Shown in pieces: positions 36,956 to 46,558 of a stretch of 64,000 nucleotides of DNA. Position 1 is the stretch's first letter, and each line of letters begins with the position of its first letter. The position numbers were made by a program, and so were the translations under genes. The notes below the pieces were generated by a model. It was not told where the DNA came from and searched no databases. It saw only the letters and a list, made by a program, of their open reading frames with translations. The stretch is taken from contig JANWIN010000012.1 of the NCBI GenBank assembly GCA_025449905.1, forward strand, positions 45,318 to 109,317, in the 5' to 3' direction. The stretch comes from Candidatus Saccharimonadales bacterium. GTDB taxonomy: Bacteria > Patescibacteriota > Saccharimonadia > Saccharimonadales > JANWIN01.

Positions 36956-37549
36956 ATGCCGCCAGAAAACACTACCCCACCACCTTCACCCCAACCAGAA
37001 CCAGTCTTAAATACTACCGCTAATTCAATGGAAGAAATTGACCACGATGAAAAACTAATAACCACAATTCATCGCCATTTTTTTGGTATTTTCATTATCT
37101 ATGTACAGACATTTGTAGCCTTGGCGGTCGGCATTGGCTTAATTTACTTTATACTACCCAATTTAGTTGATCGTAGCGAAACAGAGGTTTATAGGATTAT
37201 CGGTTTGGCCGCAGGCAGTATTGTAGTTTTAATGGCTATCATATTGATAATAGCTACCCTAATTTATTACAATAGCCGTTTAATTTTAACCGATAAAAAT
37301 ATTACTCAAGTATTGCAGATTGGCATATTTAACCGCAAAGTTTCTCAACTAGCCGTAACAAATATTGAAGATGTTACAGCTAGTAAAAAAGGTGTTTTCT
37401 CAACTTTTTTAAACTACGGCACTCTAAATATTGAGACAGCCGGAGAGCAAATTAACTTCATTTTCAACTATTGCCCAAAACCAGACTTTTACGCTCGGCA
37501 AATTTTAGAGGCTCGCGAGCAAGCCGGTGGACTGCGCCGCTATTCTTGA
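36956..37549 (+). CDS. membrane protein with bacterial PH (YdbS/YdbT-like) domain
   Basis: Two TM helices then LILTDKNITQV....NIEDV....G.FS..LNYGTLNIETAGE. Confidence 0.65.
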   Translation: MPPENTTPPPSPQPEPVLNTTANSMEEIDHDEKLITTIHRHFFGIFIIYVQTFVALAVGIGLIYFILPNLVDRSETEVYRIIGLAAGSIVVLMAIILIIATLIYYNSRLILTDKNITQVLQIGIFNRKVSQLAVTNIEDVTASKKGVFSTFLNYGTLNIETAGEQINFIFNYCPKPDFYARQILEAREQAGGLRRYS

Positions 37550-37851
37550 AACGGGTTATTTCTATATTTATCAAATAATACTTTAACACTGACATTGCTG
37601 TCTTTGAGCTCTAAAATTTTATCAACTGCTGATTGATCTATGCGTAGCCGTTTAACAGTTAGCAACTGCTCGGTGACCTCATCTTCGCTTGGCTCTGATC
37701 CGGCCAAGGAGTTGATTCTTAGAACCAAAAAGCTGAAAATACAAACCAATATTACGATAAAGATAATGACTATATACTGTTTAACAAACTCAAAAATAGC
37801 CAGCAATTTATTTAACCATTTTTTATAATCAAATTTTATATCTTTACTCAT
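37540..37851 (-). CDS. hypothetical single-pass membrane protein, last gene of pilus operon
   Basis: 103 aa, one TM helix; 4-nt overlap with pilO-like gene. Confidence 0.5.
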   Translation of the reverse strand: MSKDIKFDYKKWLNKLLAIFEFVKQYIVIIFIVILVCIFSFLVLRINSLAGSEPSEDEVTEQLLTVKRLRIDQSAVDKILELKDSNVSVKVLFDKYRNNPFQE

Positions 37852-38474
37852 GGCTTAATGTATATGTTAACTACTAAATCAAAAGTCAGTAAACTGCGAT
37901 TTTGCGGATCGGGTTGAACGGTAACGCTGACCACGTGCGCGGTACGTCGATTTTTCTCCAAGCGACTTAAGAAATTAATCATTTTATCGTAGGTTACTGG
38001 TTGGCTGGAATCTTGCTGAATACTAACCTCCATGACATAAACGCCGGGTATATTCTCGACTGCTTTAACTTGAGTAAGCGGTGGCGTGACAATTTTTGGC
38101 GTATCAACTCCCGGTGTAACAATTTTTGGGACGGCCTGCCCGAGGGTTGAAGCGGGGAAGCTGATAGAACCCAACTTTACTTGAGCCTCACCTGCAATTT
38201 TCACAATTTCTCGAACAGCTTTAGCCTGGTCTTTATCTTGTGGCACTATTGACCTGGCAATACCTTCGAGATTAGTGTATTTGTCGATATCTTGAGTGGC
38301 TTGAGATAACAGTGTTTTTTGTTCATCCAACACCCGGTTATTTAACTTTAGCTCCAGTAATTTTTTGGAACTGTCAGAAAGATTTTTATTGGCGACATTC
38401 AGCGAAAAGAACACCCCAACAAACAGTAGGCAAACGCTGGCAATCATGGCCCAAAAAACATGCTTAGCGTTCAT
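37848..38474 (-). CDS. pilO: PilO-like pilus assembly protein
   Basis: N-terminal TM, coiled coil, position after pilM-pilN; coupled overlaps. Confidence 0.55.
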   Translation of the reverse strand: MNAKHVFWAMIASVCLLFVGVFFSLNVANKNLSDSSKKLLELKLNNRVLDEQKTLLSQATQDIDKYTNLEGIARSIVPQDKDQAKAVREIVKIAGEAQVKLGSISFPASTLGQAVPKIVTPGVDTPKIVTPPLTQVKAVENIPGVYVMEVSIQQDSSQPVTYDKMINFLSRLEKNRRTAHVVSVTVQPDPQNRSLLTFDLVVNIYIKP

Positions 38475-39070
38475 TGACTATCGCCTTTGGGATTTATGAA
38501 TAGAAATGGATTGTCAGGAGCAAACTCGGCTTTAATAGCAACAATACACGGGTAGCGAGGGTCAGATGAAGTTTTGGCATTACAAGTTATGCTAACAATA
38601 TCTGCCTTATTAAAGATTTTGTTAGCCGGATCGGCTAGGTTAAGTTGCACTTGAGTAGCAGTTTGGTAATCGGTGGCCGCCGCCGAAATATCAATTGCGC
38701 CCTCGACTTTAGCAATTTTTAAATCGGTTAAAGCAGCGTTGGGTGGTATAACTGTGCCAATTTGCTTAAATAACTTAGAGAATAAAACTTCTTTGGAAAG
38801 AACTCTAGTAGCAAGCTTTATGCTGCCGGAAATTTCTTCGACTCGTTTTTGAGTTTTCTCAAATTGTCGAGACTCTAAATCTTCTTGAGCCTGGTTGACT
38901 TGAGCAGTATAGGAATTAATCGAACGACTAATATAGAGTTTGCCACTGAGCATAATTAAAATGATGCCACCAATACTTAGTAACAAGACCCCCGCCCAAT
39001 GTAGGAGCTTGGTGTTACGACGACCATAAGTAATGTCGCGCTTAACAGTTGATGGTAGAAGATTTATCAT
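38471..39070 (-). CDS. pilN: PilN-like pilus assembly protein
   Basis: MINLLP N-terminus typical of PilN, single TM, coiled coil. Confidence 0.65.
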   Translation of the reverse strand: MINLLPSTVKRDITYGRRNTKLLHWAGVLLLSIGGIILIMLSGKLYISRSINSYTAQVNQAQEDLESRQFEKTQKRVEEISGSIKLATRVLSKEVLFSKLFKQIGTVIPPNAALTDLKIAKVEGAIDISAAATDYQTATQVQLNLADPANKIFNKADIVSITCNAKTSSDPRYPCIVAIKAEFAPDNPFLFINPKGDSQ

Positions 39071-40131
39071 TTGAAAATCTCCTTTGGTCTTAGCAGCGCC
39101 GAGCCGGCTGAAGTGGCAAAGATTGGTTTTTCAATAGCGCTGGGCTGTGACAACGACGCAAAAGAGATATAGTTCCAGGGGTTAGTCATTCTAACTGGCA
39201 ACCTCAGCATATTTGTCATATATTCGCTAAGACCTGGCATATTCGCCCCACCGCCCATGGTTATTATTTGGCCAATTTTCTGATTACCAGTGGAGCGGTC
39301 TTCAAAATATCTGATTACACGACGAACTTCTTTAAGCAATTGCTGCAGTATTGGCTCGAGTGCCTCGGCAATTTCTTTTTGGCGCTTGCCGGGCTCAAGA
39401 CCAAAATTAGCCTTAATGTTATAAGCCTCTTGCAAGCTAACTTTCAAGCCTTCAGCTATTCTAGCTGTAAAATCATCGCTACCGCCGGCGACCGTGCCGG
39501 TAACTACTAATAATTTGTCGAATACAGTTATATCTACTGAGCGTGAACCAAAATCAATTAAAATAGTGGGTACATCACTGCGGTCTGCGCCGGTAAATAA
39601 ACGACTGGCGGCAGAAATTGTAGTTTCAATAGCAGCTATCTCGAGATTTAATATTTCGCAAAGTGTGATATATGAATCTACCAATCTTTTGGGCACAGCC
39701 ACCACAAACAAATCAGTTTCTTTCTCGTTTTGGCTGTTAATGGCGTAATCTAAATAAAGTTCTTCCAAGGGGTAGGGAATATAGCGCTCGGCCTCAAGCT
39801 GAACAGCTTCGCTTAGTTCTTTATCTGGCAATTTTGGCAATTTAATCGGACGGTTAAAAGTTCTAGAAACCGGTACCGTCAAGGCTACCCTCCGAGTTGA
39901 AATTTCACCAGTAATGCCTTTTTTAAATAGCTTGTTGATATCATCAGCTAAGGGCTCAAAATCAGTTACAACTCCATTTTTTATTACTGCCGGGTTAAAG
40001 CGGCCAAAACCATAGCCGCTAACAATTGGCCGACCGGATACCCAATCAACCTGCATAATCTTAAAAGTGCTATAACCAATGTCTAGCCCAAATAGTGGTT
40101 TATCTTTATAGAAATATGTTGTGTTGTTCAT
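39067..40131 (-). CDS. pilM: type IV pilus assembly ATPase-like protein PilM
   Basis: Actin-like fold pattern GLDIGYSTFK...IDFGSRSVDI...GGGANMPGL. Confidence 0.85.
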   Translation of the reverse strand: MNNTTYFYKDKPLFGLDIGYSTFKIMQVDWVSGRPIVSGYGFGRFNPAVIKNGVVTDFEPLADDINKLFKKGITGEISTRRVALTVPVSRTFNRPIKLPKLPDKELSEAVQLEAERYIPYPLEELYLDYAINSQNEKETDLFVVAVPKRLVDSYITLCEILNLEIAAIETTISAASRLFTGADRSDVPTILIDFGSRSVDITVFDKLLVVTGTVAGGSDDFTARIAEGLKVSLQEAYNIKANFGLEPGKRQKEIAEALEPILQQLLKEVRRVIRYFEDRSTGNQKIGQIITMGGGANMPGLSEYMTNMLRLPVRMTNPWNYISFASLSQPSAIEKPIFATSAGSALLRPKEIFK

Positions 40132-40204
40132 GCTTGCCCATCAAAGCTCAGCCGATAATGCTCATACTTATATTACCAGATGTAAAGCCATAAATTAGAC
40201 GAAG

Positions 40205-41563
40205 TCAGAAACTGCGCCGATAGCCATCAATAACCCAAAATGAAGTACCGGTGCCGACCGAGGTGCCAAAGGTGATAGTACCACTGTTAGATAACTCAAC
40301 GGTCTGACCAATCAGGGCGCCCAACTGACCACTGTTGCTGACAGTTACCTTAGTCCAGCGGGCATAGAAAATACTGTGAGGACCGGAAGCGGAGTTATCA
40401 ATTGTGATGCGACCATCGTTTTGTGAGCTGGACAAGTCTGTACCAGTAACATCGCTACAATCTGGGGAGCAGCTGGCATCGCTTTTGTAAGCTATTATCT
40501 CCATACCGGTATCACTGCTGTTATCTTTTAAGAGAGCGCTGTTACTGAAGTCGGCAGTATTACCATCTACCATAATTACCGGTTTGGTAGTTCCCAGTGA
40601 GTTGCTGACTATCAGCTGGGCAGAGTTTTTAACCGATAGAGTACCAGTAATCCAAACATTACCATTTATAGTGACTTTGCAAGTATTTGTAACGTCAACA
40701 TTGCCAGTAATTTTAAGGTTGGCGGCCCAGCTTTTGGTTCCGCTGGAACAACCAGCCGAAGAGCCGGTAATAGTTGAAGCAACCGCCGCTTTCTGAGCGT
40801 CGCGGTCATAAGATGGCAATGGTTCAGCCGAAACACCAGAACTGGCCGTTAGTCCTGGATTGAACATGCTGGTGCCACTGGTTTGATTATTGGCCTTAAC
40901 ATTGCCGTAAATTTTGGCACTATTGGACAGCGAAATCGGCTGGCCGTTTTCACCGCTATTGCAAATACGCGGGTAACTAGCGCTGGGCGGTTGAGGACAA
41001 CTCTGGTGGGCAACATTAACATTTACAGCGCTGGTGGTTAGACCAATCTGAGCCGAATTACTCATACTAATTTTTCCGTTAATAAATACGTCACCGCCCA
41101 AAATTTTCGAATTATTATTCATAACTAGACCGCCAACCCCACTGACCACACTATAATCACCTGAAGTTACCGGTCGCATATCAACTTTAATGGTTGATGA
41201 AGAAGTTGACGTGGCACTGTTGGCAGGCCAGTAAGTCCGGCCAATCGAAGTGATTGTTTTAGAGTCGCTAGTAGAAGCTACAGAGACTTCATAGGTTGTG
41301 CGAGTGGTGCCATCATTTTGCAGCTCAATCTCTGACCCGGTTCCCGTCCAGCTCGCATCATCGCCAATTTTATCAACCGCGTAATCCGCACCAGCATCAG
41401 CAGTTATTTGCGCATAAGTGTGAAACTGGTCTTTTCGGCTAACCCGAAAACTGTTGCTAGCCAAGCTGATGTAGGAAGAGGCAATTAAAATAATAAAAGG
41501 CAGCGTAATCACAAACGATAATAAAATCGAACCGTTATCTTTTCTAGAATTAAAATTTTTCAT
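40205..41563 (-). CDS. large pilus-associated protein (PilX-like N-terminus, repetitive NS..I.G..V body), candidate tip adhesin
   Basis: N-terminal hydrophobic segment GSILLSFVITLPFIIL; repeated NSAKI/NSAQI/NSGQL units; inside pilin gene block. Confidence 0.6.
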   Translation of the reverse strand: MKNFNSRKDNGSILLSFVITLPFIILIASSYISLASNSFRVSRKDQFHTYAQITADAGADYAVDKIGDDASWTGTGSEIELQNDGTTRTTYEVSVASTSDSKTITSIGRTYWPANSATSTSSSTIKVDMRPVTSGDYSVVSGVGGLVMNNNSKILGGDVFINGKISMSNSAQIGLTTSAVNVNVAHQSCPQPPSASYPRICNSGENGQPISLSNSAKIYGNVKANNQTSGTSMFNPGLTASSGVSAEPLPSYDRDAQKAAVASTITGSSAGCSSGTKSWAANLKITGNVDVTNTCKVTINGNVWITGTLSVKNSAQLIVSNSLGTTKPVIMVDGNTADFSNSALLKDNSSDTGMEIIAYKSDASCSPDCSDVTGTDLSSSQNDGRITIDNSASGPHSIFYARWTKVTVSNSGQLGALIGQTVELSNSGTITFGTSVGTGTSFWVIDGYRRSF

Positions 41564-42252
41564 TAAAAAGTATTCCTTAAGGTTATTCTAATACTGTTAT
41601 CAAGAGTTAGTGGTGCGCCGAAAGTATCTTTTTCCATAGCTAGATCTATTTTAATCGAACGGGCTTCCAGTGGGTTAGTGGTAGAAGCATTATCTTGATC
41701 GTAAAGTGTAAAAACCATCGACTTTAGATTACTTGTTAGTTTTTTATCAGCCGGGCAGGTTGGAGTGGCCGTCGGGCAGGAAGTTTTAACTGAGTTGCCG
41801 CTAGCGGCTGGATTAGCCAAGGTTCGCTGCCACAGAGTTGAACCGCTTTTAAAATAAACCAATTCATTTAGATACGGTTCACCAGTTGAGGAGTCAATTA
41901 TGTAATTTCTGGCTGCATCAATGGCTGGCACTGCGATAATTATCACGAAATTTGCATTACTTGTACTCCAACCGCCCCCCGGCGCATTGGCATCGGCAAC
42001 AGTATTACTTTGCCGTACACCGGCTCCAAATCGCAGAGCTTCGACTGTAGTCCTCAATAAGTTCTGCGAATCTACACTCATGTCCAGGGTTTCATTATTT
42101 CTAGTCATAACCACAAAATCGTTAATGATTATGGCGAGTAAGCCGACCGATAAACTGGTAATTATAGTAATACTTATTAATAGCTCGACTAATGTAAAGC
42201 CTGCCGCGTTACGCTTGGTTGAGACTAGCTTTTTAATATTGGCCAACACCAA
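41563..42252 (-). CDS. prepilin-type minor pilin
   Basis: Class III signal AAGFTLVELLISITII. Confidence 0.75.
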   Translation of the reverse strand: MVLANIKKLVSTKRNAAGFTLVELLISITIITSLSVGLLAIIINDFVVMTRNNETLDMSVDSQNLLRTTVEALRFGAGVRQSNTVADANAPGGGWSTSNANFVIIIAVPAIDAARNYIIDSSTGEPYLNELVYFKSGSTLWQRTLANPAASGNSVKTSCPTATPTCPADKKLTSNLKSMVFTLYDQDNASTTNPLEARSIKIDLAMEKDTFGAPLTLDNSIRITLRNTF

Positions 42253-42646
42253 GTTCTCCTATAAATGTTGTGTATGAGTAACTGCGGACTGCCCCCTGAT
42301 CGTTATATGTAAGAGAAATGACCGCCTTTTTGATTGAAGTTGATTGACTGCTGATAATTAGTGAAGCCGTGTGTGGAGCTTTTAAATCGGATGGTAATTC
42401 GTTGGTTATATCAGTCGTGCCATTGCTTAAACTGGAAAAGCCCTGGCTGCGCAGCTCCTCAATTTTACCTTCAACATAAGCGTTAGCTAGAACTAAATCT
42501 CGGCCGCGCTGCCCAAGGTGAGTATGCTGCACGATTATTAAATTTGCGCTGCCAACAAAAATGGCACCAACGATAATAGTTACCAATATTTCAACCAGCG
42601 TAAAGCCAGCTTCGCTGTCTCCTAAGCCTAAACGTTTCATGCTCAT
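42233..42646 (-). CDS. prepilin-type minor pilin
   Basis: Class III signal EAGFTLVEILVTIIV. Confidence 0.75.
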   Translation of the reverse strand: MSMKRLGLGDSEAGFTLVEILVTIIVGAIFVGSANLIIVQHTHLGQRGRDLVLANAYVEGKIEELRSQGFSSLSNGTTDITNELPSDLKAPHTASLIISSQSTSIKKAVISLTYNDQGAVRSYSYTTFIGELGVGQY

Positions 42647-42656
42647 GCTTATTATA

Positions 42657-42686
42657 TAAAAAACTGGGGCATAACCCCAGTTTTGT
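42657..42686 (-). terminator. intrinsic terminator after major pilin gene
   Basis: ctgggg-cataa-ccccag stem with T-run on minus strand. Confidence 0.6.
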
Positions 42687-42707
42687 TACATTTTAATTTC
42701 TAGCCGG

Positions 42708-43160
42708 TTAGTTTAAATTACTCTTAGCAAAGTAAGTACCGCCACTTTCAAGAGTTGCGGTTAGGACATATTTAGCACAGTCTTTTGCTGCATTATCACA
42801 GGCTGTATCATCATCAGCCTTTACATCATAGGCGTAGGCATCAGCCTGCACAGTAGCTACCAAAGTTTGGGCACTACCCCTAGGATCTCTCAAGGCTTCG
42901 GCGTCCAAACCTTTAACATTTGTAGATCGCCAAGTGGCATCATTCATGTTAGCAAGCGTAGGGTACTTACCATGTTCAGCATAATAAGCTTCCATTTGAC
43001 CGTGCATGGCCCTAATATCTGTTTGCCTCTCTGTATCACGACCCTTTTTTTGGATTCCGGTAAAAGTGGTTATTACCAATGCTGCCAATATGCCGATAAC
43101 GACGATGACAATTAATAATTCGACGATAGTAAAACCTTGTTGATTTTGTTTTTGACTCAT
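42708..43160 (-). CDS. pilA: type IV major pilin
   Basis: QQGFTIVELLIVIVVIGILAALV; C-terminal Cys pair CDNAAKDC. Confidence 0.85.
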   Translation of the reverse strand: MSQKQNQQGFTIVELLIVIVVIGILAALVITTFTGIQKKGRDTERQTDIRAMHGQMEAYYAEHGKYPTLANMNDATWRSTNVKGLDAEALRDPRGSAQTLVATVQADAYAYDVKADDDTACDNAAKDCAKYVLTATLESGGTYFAKSNLN

Positions 43161-43247
43161 ATTTCCACCCTAAAATTCATTTTTTATACTATGCAACTGA
43201 TTATAGCCATTAGCATAATGGCGTCAAGCCCACCACAAGCTTTTTTA

Positions 43248-44474
43248 TTAATTGCCGCCAATGTTTTTACTTAAGTTAGCTATCGGGCCCATAACGCTGG
43301 CGGCGATTAAACCAACTCCGGCGCCTAGGATAATTATCATTATTGGCTCTAAAATAGAGCTTAGGCTATCAACTACAGTTTCAACCTCTTCTTCATAAAA
43401 TTCAGCTACTTTAACCAAAACCGTATCAATTTGGCCGGTCTCTTCACCCACGGCTAGCATTTGGGGAATTATCGGTGGAAAATGACTACTTTTGCCACTA
43501 ATAGATTCCGATAGTTGGCGGCCGTTTTTTACATTAGCCGCTGCTTCAGACAGCTCTTTTTCAATAACTTTATTGCCGATTGCCCCGCCGGTTACTTCTA
43601 ATGCGTTCAAAACTCCAACACCGGCTGACATTAATGAAGCAAAAGTCCGCGCAAAGCGGGCAATAGCAATTTTAACGATTATTATTTTGACAACAGGTAT
43701 TTTTAATAAAATTTCGTGAAATTTATATTTACCCTTAGGTGTTTTGATGTAACGCCTCAATAGCCAGACCCCGGCGATTATAAGCACTAAGATAAATGGA
43801 AAATAATGCTGCATAAAACTGCTTAGGCCTAGCAGCATTCGAGTATAAATTGGTAGCTGGGCATCTTCGCCGCCCAGATCTTTCATGATTTTGGCAATTT
43901 TTGGCATGATGAAAATCATAATGCCAAAAAAGGCCACTATTGTAATTGTTAGAATAGCTATCGGGTAAGTCATGGCGCCTTTAATTTTGCGTCGCATACT
44001 GGCGTCTTGTTCGACTTGAGTAGCTAAGCGCTTAAGAATGCCATCTAAAATACCACCAGCTTCACCAGCGCGGACCATATTTACGTAAACATCAGAAAAA
44101 ACATTTGGGAATTTAGCAAAACCATCAGCCAGAGGCATTCCGCCTTGGACGTCTTTTGCGACACTGCCAAGCACCTCTTTAAAATATTTACTCTCGGTTT
44201 GATTTTGCATAGTGCTTAGTGACTGACTCAGGGGTACGCCAGCCGAAATCATCGTTGACAGCTGGCGGGTAAAAACGACCAAATCTTTAGATTTAACTTT
44301 TTTGGTCTTTTTATTTTTAAGCTGCAAGGTGTGTTCGACTTGAAGTTTAACTACCAATGGCTGCAAGTGCTGATTTTCTAGTGAGCTAACTACAGCCTCT
44401 CGATTAACAGCCTCAATAGTCCCGTGAACCGTACTTCCATCTTTTGTTTGAGCAGCGTAAGTAAATTGCGGCAT
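43248..44474 (-). CDS. pilC: type IV pilus platform protein PilC (GspF family)
   Basis: Duplicated GspF domain, 3 TM segments, 408 aa. Confidence 0.9.
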   Translation of the reverse strand: MPQFTYAAQTKDGSTVHGTIEAVNREAVVSSLENQHLQPLVVKLQVEHTLQLKNKKTKKVKSKDLVVFTRQLSTMISAGVPLSQSLSTMQNQTESKYFKEVLGSVAKDVQGGMPLADGFAKFPNVFSDVYVNMVRAGEAGGILDGILKRLATQVEQDASMRRKIKGAMTYPIAILTITIVAFFGIMIFIMPKIAKIMKDLGGEDAQLPIYTRMLLGLSSFMQHYFPFILVLIIAGVWLLRRYIKTPKGKYKFHEILLKIPVVKIIIVKIAIARFARTFASLMSAGVGVLNALEVTGGAIGNKVIEKELSEAAANVKNGRQLSESISGKSSHFPPIIPQMLAVGEETGQIDTVLVKVAEFYEEEVETVVDSLSSILEPIMIIILGAGVGLIAASVMGPIANLSKNIGGN

Positions 44475-44482
44475 TAAATTCC

Positions 44483-46300
44483 TTAATTTTCCGTTGTAAC
44501 CCGCAGTAGTTCTTCAATAGAAGTTATACCGCGCAGGGCCTTAATAAAGCCGTCAAGCTGCATGGTCACCATGCCTTCTTTAATAGCTTCATTTTGTAAC
44601 GCATCGCTGGTGGCATTAGATACAATCAGCTTTTGAATAGCGGACGAGTTTTCCAAGACTTCGTAAATTCCCCGACGGCCTTTATAACCATTATGACCAC
44701 AATTTTCGCAACCGCCGTCATGAGCTTTCCAAAGCTTAGCAATACCTGTTTCAGTTGTAGCCAATTGGTCATTAGTCTGGGCTTTATCGCTAGAAATTTT
44801 ACCAATGCCTTCACTGACGGCTTGAACTTCGAGTTCATGAATACGTTTCATAACACCTGGATTACCAAGTCCAAAAATATGTGTCAGTTGTTTTAGAGCG
44901 GCTTCATCGGGGGTGTAGCTTTCACGACAATCAATGCACAGCATCCTAACTAAACGCTGGCCGACTACTGCTCGGGCCGTCGAGGCTATTAAAAACGGTT
45001 CCATGCCCATGTCTAGTAGTCTGGGCAGGGAAGTTGCAGCATTGTTGGTGTGTAGTGTTGAAAAAACCAAGTGTCCGGTCATGGCCGCCTGAATTGCCAG
45101 TTCGGCAGTTTCGCTGTCACGAACCTCGCCAACCATAATAATGTTCGGATCCTGACGCAGCAGAGCCCGCAGACCATTAGCAAAAGTCATACCGGCCTTG
45201 GGGTTTACCTGAGTTTGGTTTATGCCTAAAATTCTATATTCCACCGGATCCTCAACCGTCGAGATATTAACCGATGGACTATTAAGCTTACTAAGTAAGC
45301 TAAACAAGCTGGTCGATTTACCAGAACCTGTCGGCCCGGTTACCAATATCATGCCGTGTGGCTGTGAGCTGGCTTGGTTGATAGTCTTGAGGGCTTGCCC
45401 CCAATAACCCAGTTCTTCCATAGTTAGGGCCTTGCTAGACTCGCTTAAAATACGCATCGCCACCTTTTCGCCGTCAACTACCGGCAACGTTGATACACGC
45501 AAGGCATAAATCTGTCCGCTTATCTGAATTTTAAAACGGCCATCTTGCGGTGCCCGCCGCTCATCAATTTTTAAGTTGGACAAAATCTTAATGCGCGACA
45601 CCAAAGAATTTAAAACTTTTTTAGGTAGTTTGTTAGCCTCGCGCAAAATGCCATCAACGCGGTAACGTACTAAAACGTAGTCATCTCGCGGCTCAATATG
45701 AATGTCGCTGGCTGAAGCTTTAACTGCATAATCAATAAGCAAATTGACGGTTTTGGCTATCGGCGAATCTTCAGCTAAATCTTCCGCGCGAACTTCTTCT
45801 TCCTCGGGCTCTTTTGTTTCCTCAGTTCCTTCTGGGGTTATAACTTTTGTCAGCTCGCTGCCAATAGTACCTCGGTACTGGTCCAATGCCAGTTGAATAT
45901 TAGAATTTGTAGCAATGTGAATTTTAAGTTTTGAGCCCAGCTCTTTTTGCAAGAAACTAACAGCTTGAACATCATCCGGATCAGCCATGGCCAGTAGCCT
46001 AGTACCATCTGGTTGGACCCCAAAAACCACGGCATTGTACTGTCGGGCAATACGTTCGGGGATTAACTTCAACAGATCACGTTTAATCTCGCGGGTATCT
46101 AATTCAACAAAGGGGACATCGGTCTCCTTAGCATAAGCCTGGGTCAAGTCTTTTTCTGAGATAATACTGCTAGCTAGGGCTACTTCCTGTAACGATTTTT
46201 TCTCAGATTTAGCTTGGTTAATCAGACCAGTCAATTGGGCCGGGGCTATATTGCCATATTGCTGCAGCAACTTTTCAGCTAGTAAATCAGTAATGCGCAT
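44483..46300 (-). CDS. pilB: type IV pilus assembly ATPase PilB (GspE family)
   Basis: Walker A GPTGSGKST, Asp/His boxes, tetracysteine region C.DC...CENC. Confidence 0.9.
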   Translation of the reverse strand: MRITDLLAEKLLQQYGNIAPAQLTGLINQAKSEKKSLQEVALASSIISEKDLTQAYAKETDVPFVELDTREIKRDLLKLIPERIARQYNAVVFGVQPDGTRLLAMADPDDVQAVSFLQKELGSKLKIHIATNSNIQLALDQYRGTIGSELTKVITPEGTEETKEPEEEEVRAEDLAEDSPIAKTVNLLIDYAVKASASDIHIEPRDDYVLVRYRVDGILREANKLPKKVLNSLVSRIKILSNLKIDERRAPQDGRFKIQISGQIYALRVSTLPVVDGEKVAMRILSESSKALTMEELGYWGQALKTINQASSQPHGMILVTGPTGSGKSTSLFSLLSKLNSPSVNISTVEDPVEYRILGINQTQVNPKAGMTFANGLRALLRQDPNIIMVGEVRDSETAELAIQAAMTGHLVFSTLHTNNAATSLPRLLDMGMEPFLIASTARAVVGQRLVRMLCIDCRESYTPDEAALKQLTHIFGLGNPGVMKRIHELEVQAVSEGIGKISSDKAQTNDQLATTETGIAKLWKAHDGGCENCGHNGYKGRRGIYEVLENSSAIQKLIVSNATSDALQNEAIKEGMVTMQLDGFIKALRGITSIEELLRVTTEN

Positions 46301-46370
46301 TGTTTATATTCGCCACTCTTTTCTTGGCTTTATTATATAAGAAAAAGCATAAACAAGATAACTTGATAAG

Positions 46371-46468
46371 AGGGAAAAGAGTAGCCCGAGCAAAAATCGC
46401 ACTTTTTGCCCAGCGTGATGAGAAAAACCGTAGGTTTGTCTCATAAGGCATAGCGAAGCGTAGCCGCC
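46371..46468 (+). repeat. ~97-bp intergenic repeat, copy B (upstream of recA promoter)
   Basis: About 90% identical to 31606-31702, same orientation. Confidence 0.8.
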
Positions 46469-46483
46469 AAAAAGCATAAGCAA

Positions 46484-46510
46484 TTGCTAAGCATGCGCCT
46501 CTGATATAAT
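46484..46510 (+). promoter_or_regulatory. recA promoter
   Basis: TTGCTA 46484-46489, 15 nt, TGaTATAAT (-10 46505-46510); about 45-nt leader with AAGGAGGG RBS. Confidence 0.5.
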
Positions 46511-46558
46511 AAAAATCAACGAATTGGGTGAGCTCGTAGAATATAAGGAGGGAGAAAA

